64,000 bases of DNA from Myxococcota bacterium (GTDB lineage Bacteria > Myxococcota_C > UBA6777). Location: positions 1 through 64,000 of the forward strand of contig JAKLKB010000006.1 in assembly GCA_023150835.1 (NCBI GenBank). Direction: 5' to 3'. Under the pieces are notes generated by a model that saw nothing but the letters and a program-made list of their open reading frames with translations, did no database searches and was not told the DNA's origin. A program made the position numbers and the translations under genes. Below, piece after piece: positions 1-9,708 of this stretch. Each line of letters opens with the position of its first letter. Within the stretch, counting starts at the first letter, position 1.

Positions 1-1546
1 TGTTGAGGGTGAGGGGTTGGGGTGTGTGGTTGGGGAACATCAGAAAAGGGCTTTGGGGGGTGAGGGTGAGGGGAGGGGTGATCTCGGTGCGTTGGGCGAT
101 CTCGCCTTGGACGGGATCTGTGCGCAGATGGCGGAAGGTACGAGAAAAAGTCAGAGTGTGCTGAGCGATCTGGAGAGTGAATTGAGCAAAGAGAGGTGCG
201 ACGTCGACGGGTTGTTCGGAGGTGTGGGGATGTTGGAGTGTGTAGAGTCCCGAGGAGGAATGTGTAGCAAGCCAGTTGGGGGCGGAGATGGGGGCGTCTT
301 GGGGCAAGGTCAGAGACAAGCGCCGCAAAAAGGGCTTGTGTTCAGGGAGATCGCGTTGGAGATCGAGGTGCGCACCTGTGGAGAAGTCGATGCGAAGGAG
401 TTTGAGGGGGATCGGGCTGCGATTGAGGGCGTGGAGGGAGATCTGGAGGGAGGAGCTTGGGACGGCGGAAGGCGCGTTGGTTCGGGCATCGAGGTAAAGT
501 CCAAGGCAAGCGGCGAGGGCGGAGCGGAGGGCGAGAGCGCGTTCTTGGAGCAGGAGATCGTTGGAGAAGTGGGGATGTTGTGTGAGGGCTAGGTAGGCGG
601 AGAGCAGGGCTGGAACGGAGCGATGGGGTTCGTGTGGGAGGAAGGCGTCTTTGGCTTGTTGGAGAGAGCGAGCGATGGCGTCGGAGAGCGGGATGCGCTT
701 CCATGAAAAGTCGATGCCATCGAGGATATCGGTTTGGGCTTTTTCGCCGGCGAGATGTTGGAAGTATTCGCGGGCGGGGCCGCGTTGTGTGGCGAAGCCG
801 AAGCCTTGGCTTTTGTGCATCGAGCGGCTGTGGGCGGCGATCTCTCCGTAAGAGTAGCCAAGGAGAGGGTTGTAGGAGCCGATATCGATCTTGTGGTAGC
901 GGGAGAGGTTGATCTTGCGTTTGAGTCGTCGGAGCATCCAAGTGGAGATGTTGTGGAGGAGGCGTTTGGCTTGCCAAGGTGGAGCGTGTGGGATCTGCTC
1001 GGGGAATCGGAGCGGATCGGAGGCGGCGTGAAAGGCTTCACGGGCGAGGATGGCGGAGGCGAGGTGGTGGCCGTGTGTGTTGCCTGTTTCGGGGAAGCGG
1101 GTGATGATCACATCGGGGCGAAAGCGGCGGATCACCCAGACCACATCGGAGAGGACGGCTTGGTGTCCCCAGATCTGCAAGGATTCGGCGGAGGATTTGG
1201 AGTAGCCAAAGTCTTTGGCGCGGGTAAAGAATTGTTCGGCACCATCGAGTCGGCGGGCTTGGAGAAGTTCATGGGTGCGGATCATGCCGAGCAAGGGGCC
1301 TTGTTCGCTACCGATCAGATTTTGTCCACCGCCTCCCCGCGTAAGAGAGAGATAACCGACGCGAAGTTTTCGTTGTCCAGCGAGATAAGCGAGGAGTCGG
1401 GTGTTTTCGTCGTCGGGGTGTGCAGCGATGTAAAGGACACGCCCGACGGATTGGAGGCGTTCGAGTTGATGGAGGATGTGGGCGGCGTGGGGCTGAGCGA
1501 TCTCGATCTGCGTGAGGGCAGGATCGGGGAGTTGGGGTGTGGACAT
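1..1546 (-). CDS. PIG-L/LmbE family deacetylase, long form (3' end runs off the window)
   Basis: Absent from the ORF track because it is open-ended. Manual translation from ATG 1546 (AAGGA upstream) gives MSTPQLPD...VLYIAAHPDDENTRLL...LSLTRGGGGQNLIG...DFGYSKS...RPDVIITRF...HGHH, which are PIG-L motifs. Confidence 0.85.
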   Translation of the reverse strand, partial: MSTPQLPDPALTQIEIAQPHAAHILHQLERLQSVGRVLYIAAHPDDENTRLLAYLAGQRKLRVGYLSLTRGGGGQNLIGSEQGPLLGMIRTHELLQARRLDGAEQFFTRAKDFGYSKSSAESLQIWGHQAVLSDVVWVIRRFRPDVIITRFPETGNTHGHHLASAILAREAFHAASDPLRFPEQIPHAPPWQAKRLLHNISTWMLRRLKRKINLSRYHKIDIGSYNPLLGYSYGEIAAHSRSMHKSQGFGFATQRGPAREYFQHLAGEKAQTDILDGIDFSWKRIPLSDAIARSLQQAKDAFLPHEPHRSVPALLSAYLALTQHPHFSNDLLLQERALALRSALAACLGLYLDARTNAPSAVPSSSLQISLHALNRSPIPLKLLRIDFSTGAHLDLQRDLPEHKPFLRRLSLTLPQDAPISAPNWLATHSSSGLYTLQHPHTSEQPVDVAPLFAQFTLQIAQHTLTFSRTFRHLRTDPVQGEIAQRTEITPPLTLTPQSPFLMFPNHTPQPLTLN

Positions 1547-1610
1547 GGCGGTCCTTTTGGGCTGCGGGCGGGGAGAGGTGGTTTTTGTGGGCTGTGGGCG
1601 GGAAGTGGGG

Positions 1611-2939
1611 CTAGGGTAGGTCGGTGGGATGGGAAGGGCGAGAAGGAGGAGGATCGTCAAGAAGGGGCGAGGCAGAGTGGAGGTGAGTGTGTTGGGAGTG
1701 ATGGGCATGATCGAGTGGCTCCTGTGCGGGGTGCAGGGCGTGTGTTTCGCAGAGGTGACAAGGAGAGGCAAGCGAAGGGCGCGCAAGGGTTTGTAGATAA
1801 AGGGTTTCGTATTGTTGGAGGACGGCGTTGGGATCGCCGAATTGGAGGGCGCGTTCTCTGGCGTGGAGGCGCATCAGGGCGAGGCGTTGGGGATCGCGAA
1901 GGATCTGTATGGCGTGTTGGGCCATGGTGTGGGTGTCATAGACAGGGGCGAGAAAGCCGCTGTGTTGGTGTTCGATCAGCTCGCTGAGGCCGCCGACATC
2001 ACTGGCGATCACGGGGAGTCCGCAGCTCATGGCTTCGAGGGCAGCGAGGCCGAAGCTTTCGGTTTCGGAAGGCATGAGCATCAGGTCGCATTGTTGGAGA
2101 TATTGGACGATATCTTCGCGTTTGCCGAGGAAGCAGACGCGATCTTGGAGTCCGCGTTGTTCGATCTGTTCGGCGGCGTTGCGGCGTTCGGGGCCTTCGC
2201 CGATCAGGAGCAGGCGGGAGGGGAGGGTTTGATTGACGGAGGTGAAGGTATCGATTACGTCGGGGATGCGTTTGACGGGGCGGAAGTTGGAGACGTGAGC
2301 GAGGATGGGTGTGTTGTGGAGGGCGGGGATACGGGGGAAAAGGTTGTTGATGCGTTGTTTGTCGCGGTGGGAGGCAGGAGAGAAGCGTTGTGTATCGACG
2401 AAGTTGGGGATGACTTCGATGGGAAGGTTTGTAGGGAGATCGAGGAGCGGGTAGGCGACTTCGCGCAGATAGCGAGAGGGCGCGGTGATCGCGTCGGAGG
2501 CGAGGAGGGCCATGCGCGTGACAGAGCGGTAACTATCGAGGCATCCGACACGAGTGACATCGGTGCCGTGAAGCGTGACGATCAAGCGTGGTCCGCCGCT
2601 TTGGAGGATCTGGCGAGCGAGATAGCCGCTAACGGCGTGAGGGATGGCGTAGTGGAGGTGTAGGATATCAAGGTGTTCGCGTTGTGCGATCTCTGCGAGG
2701 CGGGAGGCGAGAGCGAGCGTGTAGGGGGGGAATTCAAAGAGGGGATAGTCTTGGACTTCGACAGGGTGGAATTGGATGGGTAGGGTGGTTTGTCGTGCGC
2801 GGACGGGCATCTCGGTGGTGATGAGATGAACTTGATGACCGCGTTGGGCCATGCCAAGGCCGATCTCGGTGGCGACGATACCGCTTCCGCCAAAGTGAGG
2901 ATAACAGACGATTCCGATGCGCAATTTGACAGATCCCAT
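1611..2939 (-). CDS. bshA: N-acetyl-alpha-D-glucosaminyl L-malate synthase BshA (GT4)
   Basis: IGIVCYPHFGGSGIVATE, HLHYAIPHA, TLHGTD, HVSNFRPVKR and ESFGLAALEAM motifs; in an operon with bshB1 and bshC. Confidence 0.95.
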   Translation of the reverse strand: MGSVKLRIGIVCYPHFGGSGIVATEIGLGMAQRGHQVHLITTEMPVRARQTTLPIQFHPVEVQDYPLFEFPPYTLALASRLAEIAQREHLDILHLHYAIPHAVSGYLARQILQSGGPRLIVTLHGTDVTRVGCLDSYRSVTRMALLASDAITAPSRYLREVAYPLLDLPTNLPIEVIPNFVDTQRFSPASHRDKQRINNLFPRIPALHNTPILAHVSNFRPVKRIPDVIDTFTSVNQTLPSRLLLIGEGPERRNAAEQIEQRGLQDRVCFLGKREDIVQYLQQCDLMLMPSETESFGLAALEAMSCGLPVIASDVGGLSELIEHQHSGFLAPVYDTHTMAQHAIQILRDPQRLALMRLHARERALQFGDPNAVLQQYETLYLQTLARPSLASPCHLCETHALHPAQEPLDHAHHSQHTHLHSASPLLDDPPPSRPSHPTDLP

Positions 2940-3736
2940 CAGCTTTTCTCGAAGAAATGAGGGAGGCGTCCTGCGCTTAGGCGAAAGTGGGCGACAGGGT
3001 CGGCGATCCCGAGCGTGTTTTCACAAAAGAAAGGTTCGGCGCGTTCGACACCGAGCATGGAGCCGTAGTAGCGGTCGCGGGCGTCGATAGCGGCGAGGGC
3101 TTGGGGGGAGCCGACGAGGGTTGCGGCTCCGCCTTGGGGGGTGACTTGGCTGGCGTGGCGGAGGATGGCTTGGGTTTTTTGTTCGGCGTGTGCGGAGATA
3201 TCGACGAGGAAGCTTGGGGAAAAGGTGTGCCGCATCGCGTAGAAAAGGACTTGTGAGGGTGCAAAGGGCGGAAGATCGGAAGACGTGGTATAACGTCGTA
3301 GGCCAGAGAGAAAGAGGGCACGCGAAAGCAGCGCACTGGCTTGGGTATGATCGGGGTGTCGGTCTTTTTGCCAAGGGATCAAGACAAGGGCAGGGCGAAG
3401 TCTGCGCAAGGTGTCGACAAGGCGAGCGGTGGGCGTGTGGAGGCGTTCGTCGGGGATGGCTTCGTTAGGGGACCAAGGGAGCAGCGCACCATCGGGGAGT
3501 TCGAGATTTTCGCGCAGGGTGAGGCCCATGACACGGGCGGCATCGGCGGCTTCTTTGGCGCGTGTTTGGGGATCGCCGTTGGAGGCGAGTTCTCCGCGAG
3601 TGAGGTCGAGGATGCCCGTGTTGTAGCCGCATTGGGCCATCTTGATCACCAAGCCACCACAAAAGAGTTCAACGTCATCGGGATGTGGGCCGATGGCGAG
3701 CAGATCAAGGTTGTGTGTTTGAGTCATGGCGATCAT
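2939..3736 (-). CDS. bshB1: Bacillithiol biosynthesis deacetylase BshB1
   Basis: AIGPHPDDVEL, DLTRGE, DRHPDH motifs; sits between bshC and bshA. Confidence 0.92.
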   Translation of the reverse strand: MIAMTQTHNLDLLAIGPHPDDVELFCGGLVIKMAQCGYNTGILDLTRGELASNGDPQTRAKEAADAARVMGLTLRENLELPDGALLPWSPNEAIPDERLHTPTARLVDTLRRLRPALVLIPWQKDRHPDHTQASALLSRALFLSGLRRYTTSSDLPPFAPSQVLFYAMRHTFSPSFLVDISAHAEQKTQAILRHASQVTPQGGAATLVGSPQALAAIDARDRYYGSMLGVERAEPFFCENTLGIADPVAHFRLSAGRLPHFFEKS

Positions 3737-5369
3737 GGCTTTCTTTGCGGGGGTGAAGGCTCAGCGTGGTGTGTTGGTAAGGTTGATAGGCTGCAAACAG
3801 CGTTTGTTTGAGGGTTTGGAGGCCGAAGCGAGCGGCCAAGTAGGGGAAGCCGTAGAGGCGTTCTTGGGGAGCATCGTTGGGAAAGAGGCGTTGTTTGGCA
3901 GCGTGGAGGCGTTGGGTGGCTTGTTCGTCTTGGCTGAGTTGGGCGCGTTGGATCTTGGTGATGAGTTTTTCGAGTCCGTCCTCGAACTGCTGTACGAGTT
4001 TTTGAAGTGGCTTGAAGAGGTTGGGATCAAGGGATTGGAGGGGATGTTGAAGCTGTGTGATGGCGTCTTGGAGGGGGGTGGAGAGTTGTTTGCGAAGGTT
4101 GTGTTGATCGAGCGGGTGGTTGGGTTGTTGTTGAGCGATGCGGGCGATGAGGGTGGCTTCGGGGGCTTGGAGATCGTTGTAGGTCAAGCCAAGCTGGTCG
4201 AGGATCTTTTGTTGGCTGGGTTCGATCCATACGAAGCGTCCGCGAGGAAGGATCATCGGCATCGGGAGATCCATGAATTGGTAGAGTGGGGGCATCTGTG
4301 CGAAGTAAGCGATCTCGCCGGGTCCACCGACATAAGCAGCGGTCGGGAGGGATTGATCTTGGAGGATGGGGCGCAACAGAGCGGAAGTGCTGAAGCAGCG
4401 GGGAGATCGCTCAAGGTGTTCGAGGATCGCTTGGCGTGAAAGTCGGGCGGGGTGGCCCGCGAGGGCAAAGTCAGGACCGTCTTGGAGGATGCGATAACGC
4501 GGTCCTTCGGGGCCTTCGGGATGAAAGAAGCAGAGGGTGGCGTTTTTTCGCAGGGGGATCTGTACATCGAATCCTGCGGAGGTGAGGGCCTGTTCGCGTT
4601 CTTTGAGCAGAGTCTCGATGGCGTGGGCGTCAAGGAGGGCGCGTTGGTGGAGCGGAGCGGCAAGGGGGGCAAAGGCGGGATCGCGTGGGTTGAGCAGGAG
4701 CAAGCCTTCGTCGGCAAAGACAGATTGAAGGAGATCGGCGAAGGCATCACCGATGGGGCGATGGGGGGTGTAGTGCTGTTCGAGAAGAGCGATCACTTCG
4801 TCGGCGAAGGGGAGGCCGTGTAGAGAAGAGCGGATCTGTTCAAAGGCAGCGGAAAGGGCGGTGGGATCGAGTGTGTAGTGAGCAACCGAGGCGCGCCATG
4901 CGAGGGCTTCTGGGTGTTCGAGGGCGCGCAAGGTCAGGATCTCTCCGTTGTTTTGGGGGAGGCAGCAAGAGGCGATCTCGGCGAGATCGTGGTCTTCGAC
5001 TTGGAGCCAAAACAGCGGAACGACGGTGTTTCCTGTTTCGGCTTGGAGTTGTCGAGCGAGAAGGATGGCGGAAGCGGCCTTGTGAAGGGTGTAAAGCGGG
5101 CCAAGAAAAAAGCCGACCTGTTGGCCTGTGACGACGACGGTGGTTCCTTCTTGGGCGAGGGCGTCGAGGTGGGCTTGGTGAGCAGGAGTGCGTTTTTCGG
5201 GGGGATGTTGCGCATGAAGCAGCGCAAGCAGCGCGGGTGAACATCGGCGGTTTGCGCGTTGTTGGAGGGTGGCAAGACGGGCTTTGGGATCGGTATGGTG
5301 GGGATGCAAAAAGGCCGAAGCATCGGTCTGTGCGGCAAGAAAGGCGGGAGAAAAGGGGCGCGTCATCAC
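3705..5369 (-). CDS. bshC: Bacillithiol cysteine-adding enzyme BshC
   Basis: VVTGQQVG, GPLYTLHKA, EDHD, SALLRP, YVGGPGEIAY and PQER motifs; 554 aa. Confidence 0.95.
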   Translation of the reverse strand: MMTRPFSPAFLAAQTDASAFLHPHHTDPKARLATLQQRANRRCSPALLALLHAQHPPEKRTPAHQAHLDALAQEGTTVVVTGQQVGFFLGPLYTLHKAASAILLARQLQAETGNTVVPLFWLQVEDHDLAEIASCCLPQNNGEILTLRALEHPEALAWRASVAHYTLDPTALSAAFEQIRSSLHGLPFADEVIALLEQHYTPHRPIGDAFADLLQSVFADEGLLLLNPRDPAFAPLAAPLHQRALLDAHAIETLLKEREQALTSAGFDVQIPLRKNATLCFFHPEGPEGPRYRILQDGPDFALAGHPARLSRQAILEHLERSPRCFSTSALLRPILQDQSLPTAAYVGGPGEIAYFAQMPPLYQFMDLPMPMILPRGRFVWIEPSQQKILDQLGLTYNDLQAPEATLIARIAQQQPNHPLDQHNLRKQLSTPLQDAITQLQHPLQSLDPNLFKPLQKLVQQFEDGLEKLITKIQRAQLSQDEQATQRLHAAKQRLFPNDAPQERLYGFPYLAARFGLQTLKQTLFAAYQPYQHTTLSLHPRKESHDRHDSNTQP

Positions 5370-5410
5370 AGCATATCCTACACGATGTGAGGAGTGGTTT
5401 TTTTGTGTTT

Positions 5411-5529
5411 TGTGGGGTGCGGCCCCACGCCCCGCAAGAGCGAAGCCCTCTTGACCCCGTGTTGGGCGAAAAGATCTCTGTTTTTCGCACAGACGACTCT
5501 ATGGCTTGAGCGGGCGAGAACACGGGGGG
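5411..5529 (-). repeat. Dispersed structured repeat family A copy
   Basis: Reverse complement reads CCCCCGTGTTCTCG...ACGGGGTCAAGAGGGCTTCGCTCTTGCGGGGCGTGGGGCCGCACCCCACA, matching the other copies. Confidence 0.75.
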
Positions 5530-5558
5530 TTCGTCAACCGCGTCTCTGCCGTCTGTGA

Positions 5559-6452
5559 TTATTTTTTGGGTGGAGCAGCGGCTTTTTGCCAAGCGGCGAT
5601 CTTGGCTTCTGCGCCTTTGCGGAAGAAGTTGTCAAAGATACGATCGCCTTTGCCTAGAGCGGCGGCGCGTTGGCCGCTTTGGATCGCGTCTGCGGTGCGT
5701 CCGAGTTTTTCAAAAGCAAGCGCTTTGAACCATGTATTCCACCACGTTTCTTTGAGTTGGGTGGAGGTGTTGAGCATGGCGAGGGCTTTGTTGGCGTCCC
5801 CCACGCCCAAGTAGTAGCGGCCTGCCAAGAAGAAAGGACGCCAAGCATTTTGGGTGCCTTTGTGGATGGCGGCTTCGACGATCTTGGGGGTGTCGGTGGA
5901 GATCTGGACAGAGAGGCGTACTTTTTCCCATTCGACATGGAGGACGGTGGTGTTGTCGGTGGTATCGGTGAATTGGAAGGCGAGGCGTTCGCGGTGTGGG
6001 ATGGCGGTGGGGATGGCTTCGACTTGTGCGACGGTATGTTTGGTGTCGTACTTGGGGCCGCGTGTCCAAGCGCGTTCATCGGTGCTGAGGAAGAAGGTCC
6101 ATGTTTTTTCGGTTGGGATGGTGAAGATGTAGTAGGTTCCGGCTTTGACGAGGGTTTTTCCGAAGGTGATGTCGTGTCGGAACTTGATCTCCGAGCCGAC
6201 GTTTGCGCCTGTGCGCCAGATCTTGCCGTAGGGGACGAGTCCACCCCAGATCTTGCGGCCTTTGACGGCGGGGCTGTGGTAGGCGATGCTGATCTTGGTG
6301 ATGCCGACGGTTTGCATGACTTTGGCGCGAGGACTTGGGAGAGGGAGTTTGAGCGCATAGGCAGCGGGGGATGCGAAGCAGGAAACAGCGAGGAAGCCGA
6401 ATACAAGGGCGATTCGGCGGAGGAGGGATCGTGGGGGTGTCTGTGTGTGCAT
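5559..6452 (-). CDS. DUF2911 domain exported protein with C-terminal TPR-like helices
   Basis: Signal-like N-terminus, then PSPRAKVMQTVG...YHSPAVKGRKIWGGLVPYGKIWRTGAN. Start placed at ATG 6452 behind AGGAG. Confidence 0.85.
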   Translation of the reverse strand: MHTQTPPRSLLRRIALVFGFLAVSCFASPAAYALKLPLPSPRAKVMQTVGITKISIAYHSPAVKGRKIWGGLVPYGKIWRTGANVGSEIKFRHDITFGKTLVKAGTYYIFTIPTEKTWTFFLSTDERAWTRGPKYDTKHTVAQVEAIPTAIPHRERLAFQFTDTTDNTTVLHVEWEKVRLSVQISTDTPKIVEAAIHKGTQNAWRPFFLAGRYYLGVGDANKALAMLNTSTQLKETWWNTWFKALAFEKLGRTADAIQSGQRAAALGKGDRIFDNFFRKGAEAKIAAWQKAAAPPKK

Positions 6453-6697
6453 AGGTTCTCCTGTGCGAGTAAGGATGAAGAGGAACAACGGGGCGCTTTT
6501 TGACAAAAGCACCGAGGGACTGTTGTGCAACATTCTTGGTGTCGATGCCATTCCCAGAAGTTTTGTGCGGCCTTTGGATGCACCAAGGCGACTTTTGGAT
6601 GCGCGAGCACTGCGTGGGCGCGCATCGAGATCGAGGCGGTTCTTTCGGTATTCTTTGATGGATGGAGTTGGTGCGGTCGGTGCGGTCGGATAGGTGA

Positions 6698-6817
6698 TGT
6701 GGGGTTTCACCCCACGCCCCACAAGGGAGCTTTGCTCCCTTGACCCTGAATTGGCGGGACGAACAGGCGTTTTTCATGTCAACGTCTGCGCCGCTAGAAG
6801 TGCCACGAACACGGGGG
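6698..6817 (-). repeat. Dispersed structured repeat family A copy
   Basis: Reverse complement: CCCCCGTGTTCGTG...AGGGTCAAGGGAGCAAAGCTCCCTTGTGGGGCGTGGGGTGAAACCCCACA. Confidence 0.8.
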
Positions 6818-7236
6818 TTTTTGTCCACACGAGTCTCGCTTGTGGAAAAGAGCGTTGCATGGGTGCGATCAAGCGCGGCGGTGAAGTTGCAGTCTGTTTC
6901 AGATGGTTTCATTTGTTTCAAGGAATGGTTGCAACTGGTTGCAGGTAGGGGAAGGCCATCTTGTTTTGCCCTTGTGTTGCAAGGGCGAGATGTTGTTTTT
7001 GGTGTAGAGTGGTATGCCTCGTGCTGTTGCGGAGCCAGCGGTGTGGAGACAGAGACGGAGGGGGATCGGAAGAAATGCGAGTGGCGAAGTGTACACAGGA
7101 GCCGTTGTGCGCAGCGTTTGGGTGGTGGATGATGGGTACGGAATGCACGTTCAATCCGAGGGTCCAACCTCGGAGCGAACGTGTGCGCAGCGTTTGGGTG
7201 GTGAATTGTGGGTAAGGAAGGCGTGGAGGAAAGAAG

Positions 7237-9045
7237 ATGAGCGGTTTGAGTCGATGGATACCGGCGTTGGATTGGTTGAGGGCGTATAAGCGCGAGGAGC
7301 TGCGGGGGGATACGATGGCGGGTTTAACGGTCGCGATCATGTTGATTCCGCAGGGGATGGCGTACGCGATGTTGGCGGGTTTACCGCCGCAGATGGGGCT
7401 GTATGCTTCGTTGTTGCCGCCATTTTTGTATGCGTTGTTGGGGACATCGCGCCAGTTGTCGTTTGGTCCTGTGGCGATGGATTCGTTGTTGGTGGCGACG
7501 GGTGTGGGAGCGATGGCGTTGGCGGGGAGTGCGGATTATGTGGCGTTGGCGATCACGTTGGGGGTGTTGGTGGGGTTGATGCAGATCGGGATGGGTTTGG
7601 CGCGGTTGGGTTTTTTGGTGAACTTTTTATCGCGGCCCGTGATCAGCGGTTTTACGTCAGCAGCGGCGTTGATCATCGGGTTGAGCCAGCTCAAACATTT
7701 GGTGGGGTTGAAGTTGGAGCGAAGCAGCCAGATCCAAGTGATCGTGTTGGATGTATTGAAAAAGATAGGGGGTTTGCATGGGTTGACGTTGGGGATCGGG
7801 TTGGCGGCGGTGGTGTTGTTGGTGTGGGTGAAGAAGCGGCGTCCGGCGTGGCCGGGTGCGTTGTTTGTGGTGTTGTTGGGGACGTTGGTGGTCTGGGGTT
7901 TTGGATGGGAGCGATCAGGCGTGCAGATCGTGGGTGCGGTACCTGCGGGGCTACCGGGTTTGACGATGCCGCGCTACGACTGGGGGACGATCGAGCGGTT
8001 GTTACCGATCGCGTTGACGATCGCGTTGGTGGCTTTTTTGGAAGGGATCTCGGTGGCGCGGGCGATCGCGACCAAGCGGCGCTATGCGGTGGATGCGAAT
8101 CAAGAGTTGATCGCGATGGGCGTGGCGAATCTTGGGGGTGGTTTGACGGGCGGTTATCCCGGGACGGGCGGATTGTCACGGAGTGCGGTGAATGATCAGG
8201 CGGGTGCGCGGACAGGACTGGCCTCGATGATCACGGCGTTGTTGGTGGGTTTGACGCTACTGTTTTTTACACCGCTGTTCTACTTTTTGCCGAAAGCGGT
8301 GTTGGCGGCGATCGTGATGGTGGCGGTGTTTGGTTTGATCGAGTTTCAAGAGCCGTTTCGTTTGTGGAAGATCCAGCGGATGGATGCGGTGTTGTTGTTG
8401 TTGACGTTTGGAGTGACGTTGACGGTGGGGATCCAGCAGGGGATCGCGGTGGGGGTGGGGGTATCGCTGCTGTTGTTTATTGCGCGCAGCACAAGGCCGC
8501 ATACAGCGGTGTTGGGGCGGATCAAGGGGACAGATATCTATCGGAATGTCGAGCGTTTTCCAGAGGCCGAGACGTGGTCGGGGGTGGTGATCTTTCGGTT
8601 GGATGCGTCCTTTTACTTTGCGAATGTGGCGTTTTTTAAGGAGTTGTTGCGCGATCTGATCTTGCGAGCGGTGCAAGGAGGCGAGCCGTTGCGTGCGGTG
8701 ATCGCGGATACAAGTGGGATCGACTTTGTGGATTCTTCGGCGGTGGATGCTTTGCAGGAGGTGGCCCGCGATTTGAAGGACGCGGATATCGCATTTTATT
8801 TGGCGGGAGTCAAAGGGCCTGTGCGGGATGTTCTGCGTCGGTCGGGGCTGTACGCGATGCTTGGTGAGGAGCGTGTGATGTTGCGGATCCAAGATGCGGT
8901 GGATGCGGTGTTGCAAGAGCAGAAAGGTGAAGCGCAAGCGTTGTATGAGACGGGTGTTGTGCATCAGCGCGCAGGGACGGTGTTTGTGGAGGCTGATGCG
9001 ACGAAGCAAAACAGCCCAAAAGCTGTGGGAGAAGTGACTTCCTAG
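7237..9045 (+). CDS. SulP family inorganic anion transporter with STAS domain
   Basis: GDTMAGLTVAIMLIPQGMAYA, GTSRQLSFGP, NQELIAMG, SRSAVN; C-terminal STAS motif DTSGIDFVDSSA. Confidence 0.95.
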   Translation: MSGLSRWIPALDWLRAYKREELRGDTMAGLTVAIMLIPQGMAYAMLAGLPPQMGLYASLLPPFLYALLGTSRQLSFGPVAMDSLLVATGVGAMALAGSADYVALAITLGVLVGLMQIGMGLARLGFLVNFLSRPVISGFTSAAALIIGLSQLKHLVGLKLERSSQIQVIVLDVLKKIGGLHGLTLGIGLAAVVLLVWVKKRRPAWPGALFVVLLGTLVVWGFGWERSGVQIVGAVPAGLPGLTMPRYDWGTIERLLPIALTIALVAFLEGISVARAIATKRRYAVDANQELIAMGVANLGGGLTGGYPGTGGLSRSAVNDQAGARTGLASMITALLVGLTLLFFTPLFYFLPKAVLAAIVMVAVFGLIEFQEPFRLWKIQRMDAVLLLLTFGVTLTVGIQQGIAVGVGVSLLLFIARSTRPHTAVLGRIKGTDIYRNVERFPEAETWSGVVIFRLDASFYFANVAFFKELLRDLILRAVQGGEPLRAVIADTSGIDFVDSSAVDALQEVARDLKDADIAFYLAGVKGPVRDVLRRSGLYAMLGEERVMLRIQDAVDAVLQEQKGEAQALYETGVVHQRAGTVFVEADATKQNSPKAVGEVTS

Positions 9046-9109
9046 AATCTTTTGTTGAGGTGTCGGCTCCTCAGAAGCTTTTGAAGGCAAGTCGAGCCAA
9101 CAGAGTGGT

Positions 9110-9190
9110 TGGTTTGAAAGACGCTGTGTACCCCGTCGATACGGGGTCAAGGGGGCAAAGCTCCCTTGTGGGGTCTGGGGTAAAACCCCA
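9110..9190 (+). repeat. Dispersed structured repeat family A copy (3' part)
   Basis: TGGTTTGAAAG...GTCGATACGGGGTCAAGGGGGCAAAGCTCCCTTGTGGGGTCTGGGGTAAAACCCCA. Confidence 0.8.
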
Positions 9191-9240
9191 TAAAAGTTCT
9201 CAAACAGTGTCCATTCTATAGAAGAAAAAGGAGAGAAAAG

Positions 9241-9681
9241 ATGTTGCAATCGTTGATGATGGGAGCGATCGGCGGGACGATGATCGGTTTGTCGGTTGCG
9301 ATCATGCTGTTGTTTTTAGGTCGGATTACGGGGATTAGCGGGATCTTTGGTGGTGCGCTGATCCCGACGGACGGCGATCGTTTGTGGCGTGCGGTGTTTG
9401 TGCTGGGGTTGTTGGTGGGCGGCGTGTCGCTGTGGTGGTTGTATCCGACGGCATTTCCTGTGGATGCGTTGAAGTCGATGTCGTGGCCGGTGGTGGTGTT
9501 GGCGGGGTTGTTGGTGGGCGTTGGAACGCGGATGGGGAGCGGTTGCACAAGTGGGCATGGCATCTGCGGACTGGCGCGTTTTTCGGTGCGTTCGTTGGTG
9601 GCGACGGTGACGTTCATCTTGGCGGGTGCAGCGACGGTGTTTTTGGCGCGGCATGTCTTGGGTTTGAAGTCGTTGATTTAA
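9241..9681 (+). CDS. YeeE/YedE family sulfur-compound transporter subunit
   Basis: GRITGISGI and GTRMGSGCTSGHGICG motifs; hydrophobic. Confidence 0.9.
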   Translation: MLQSLMMGAIGGTMIGLSVAIMLLFLGRITGISGIFGGALIPTDGDRLWRAVFVLGLLVGGVSLWWLYPTAFPVDALKSMSWPVVVLAGLLVGVGTRMGSGCTSGHGICGLARFSVRSLVATVTFILAGAATVFLARHVLGLKSLI

Positions 9682-9708
9682 GCAGTTAAGAAAAAAGGAG
9701 ATTTGACG

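Noticed and set aside
734-1987. 417-aa + strand ORF and similar long antisense ORFs (e.g. 1812..2663, 13317..14288, 19751..20857, 31503..32807, 51784..52860)
   Set aside because: Shadow frames opposite well-supported genes; no family motifs.
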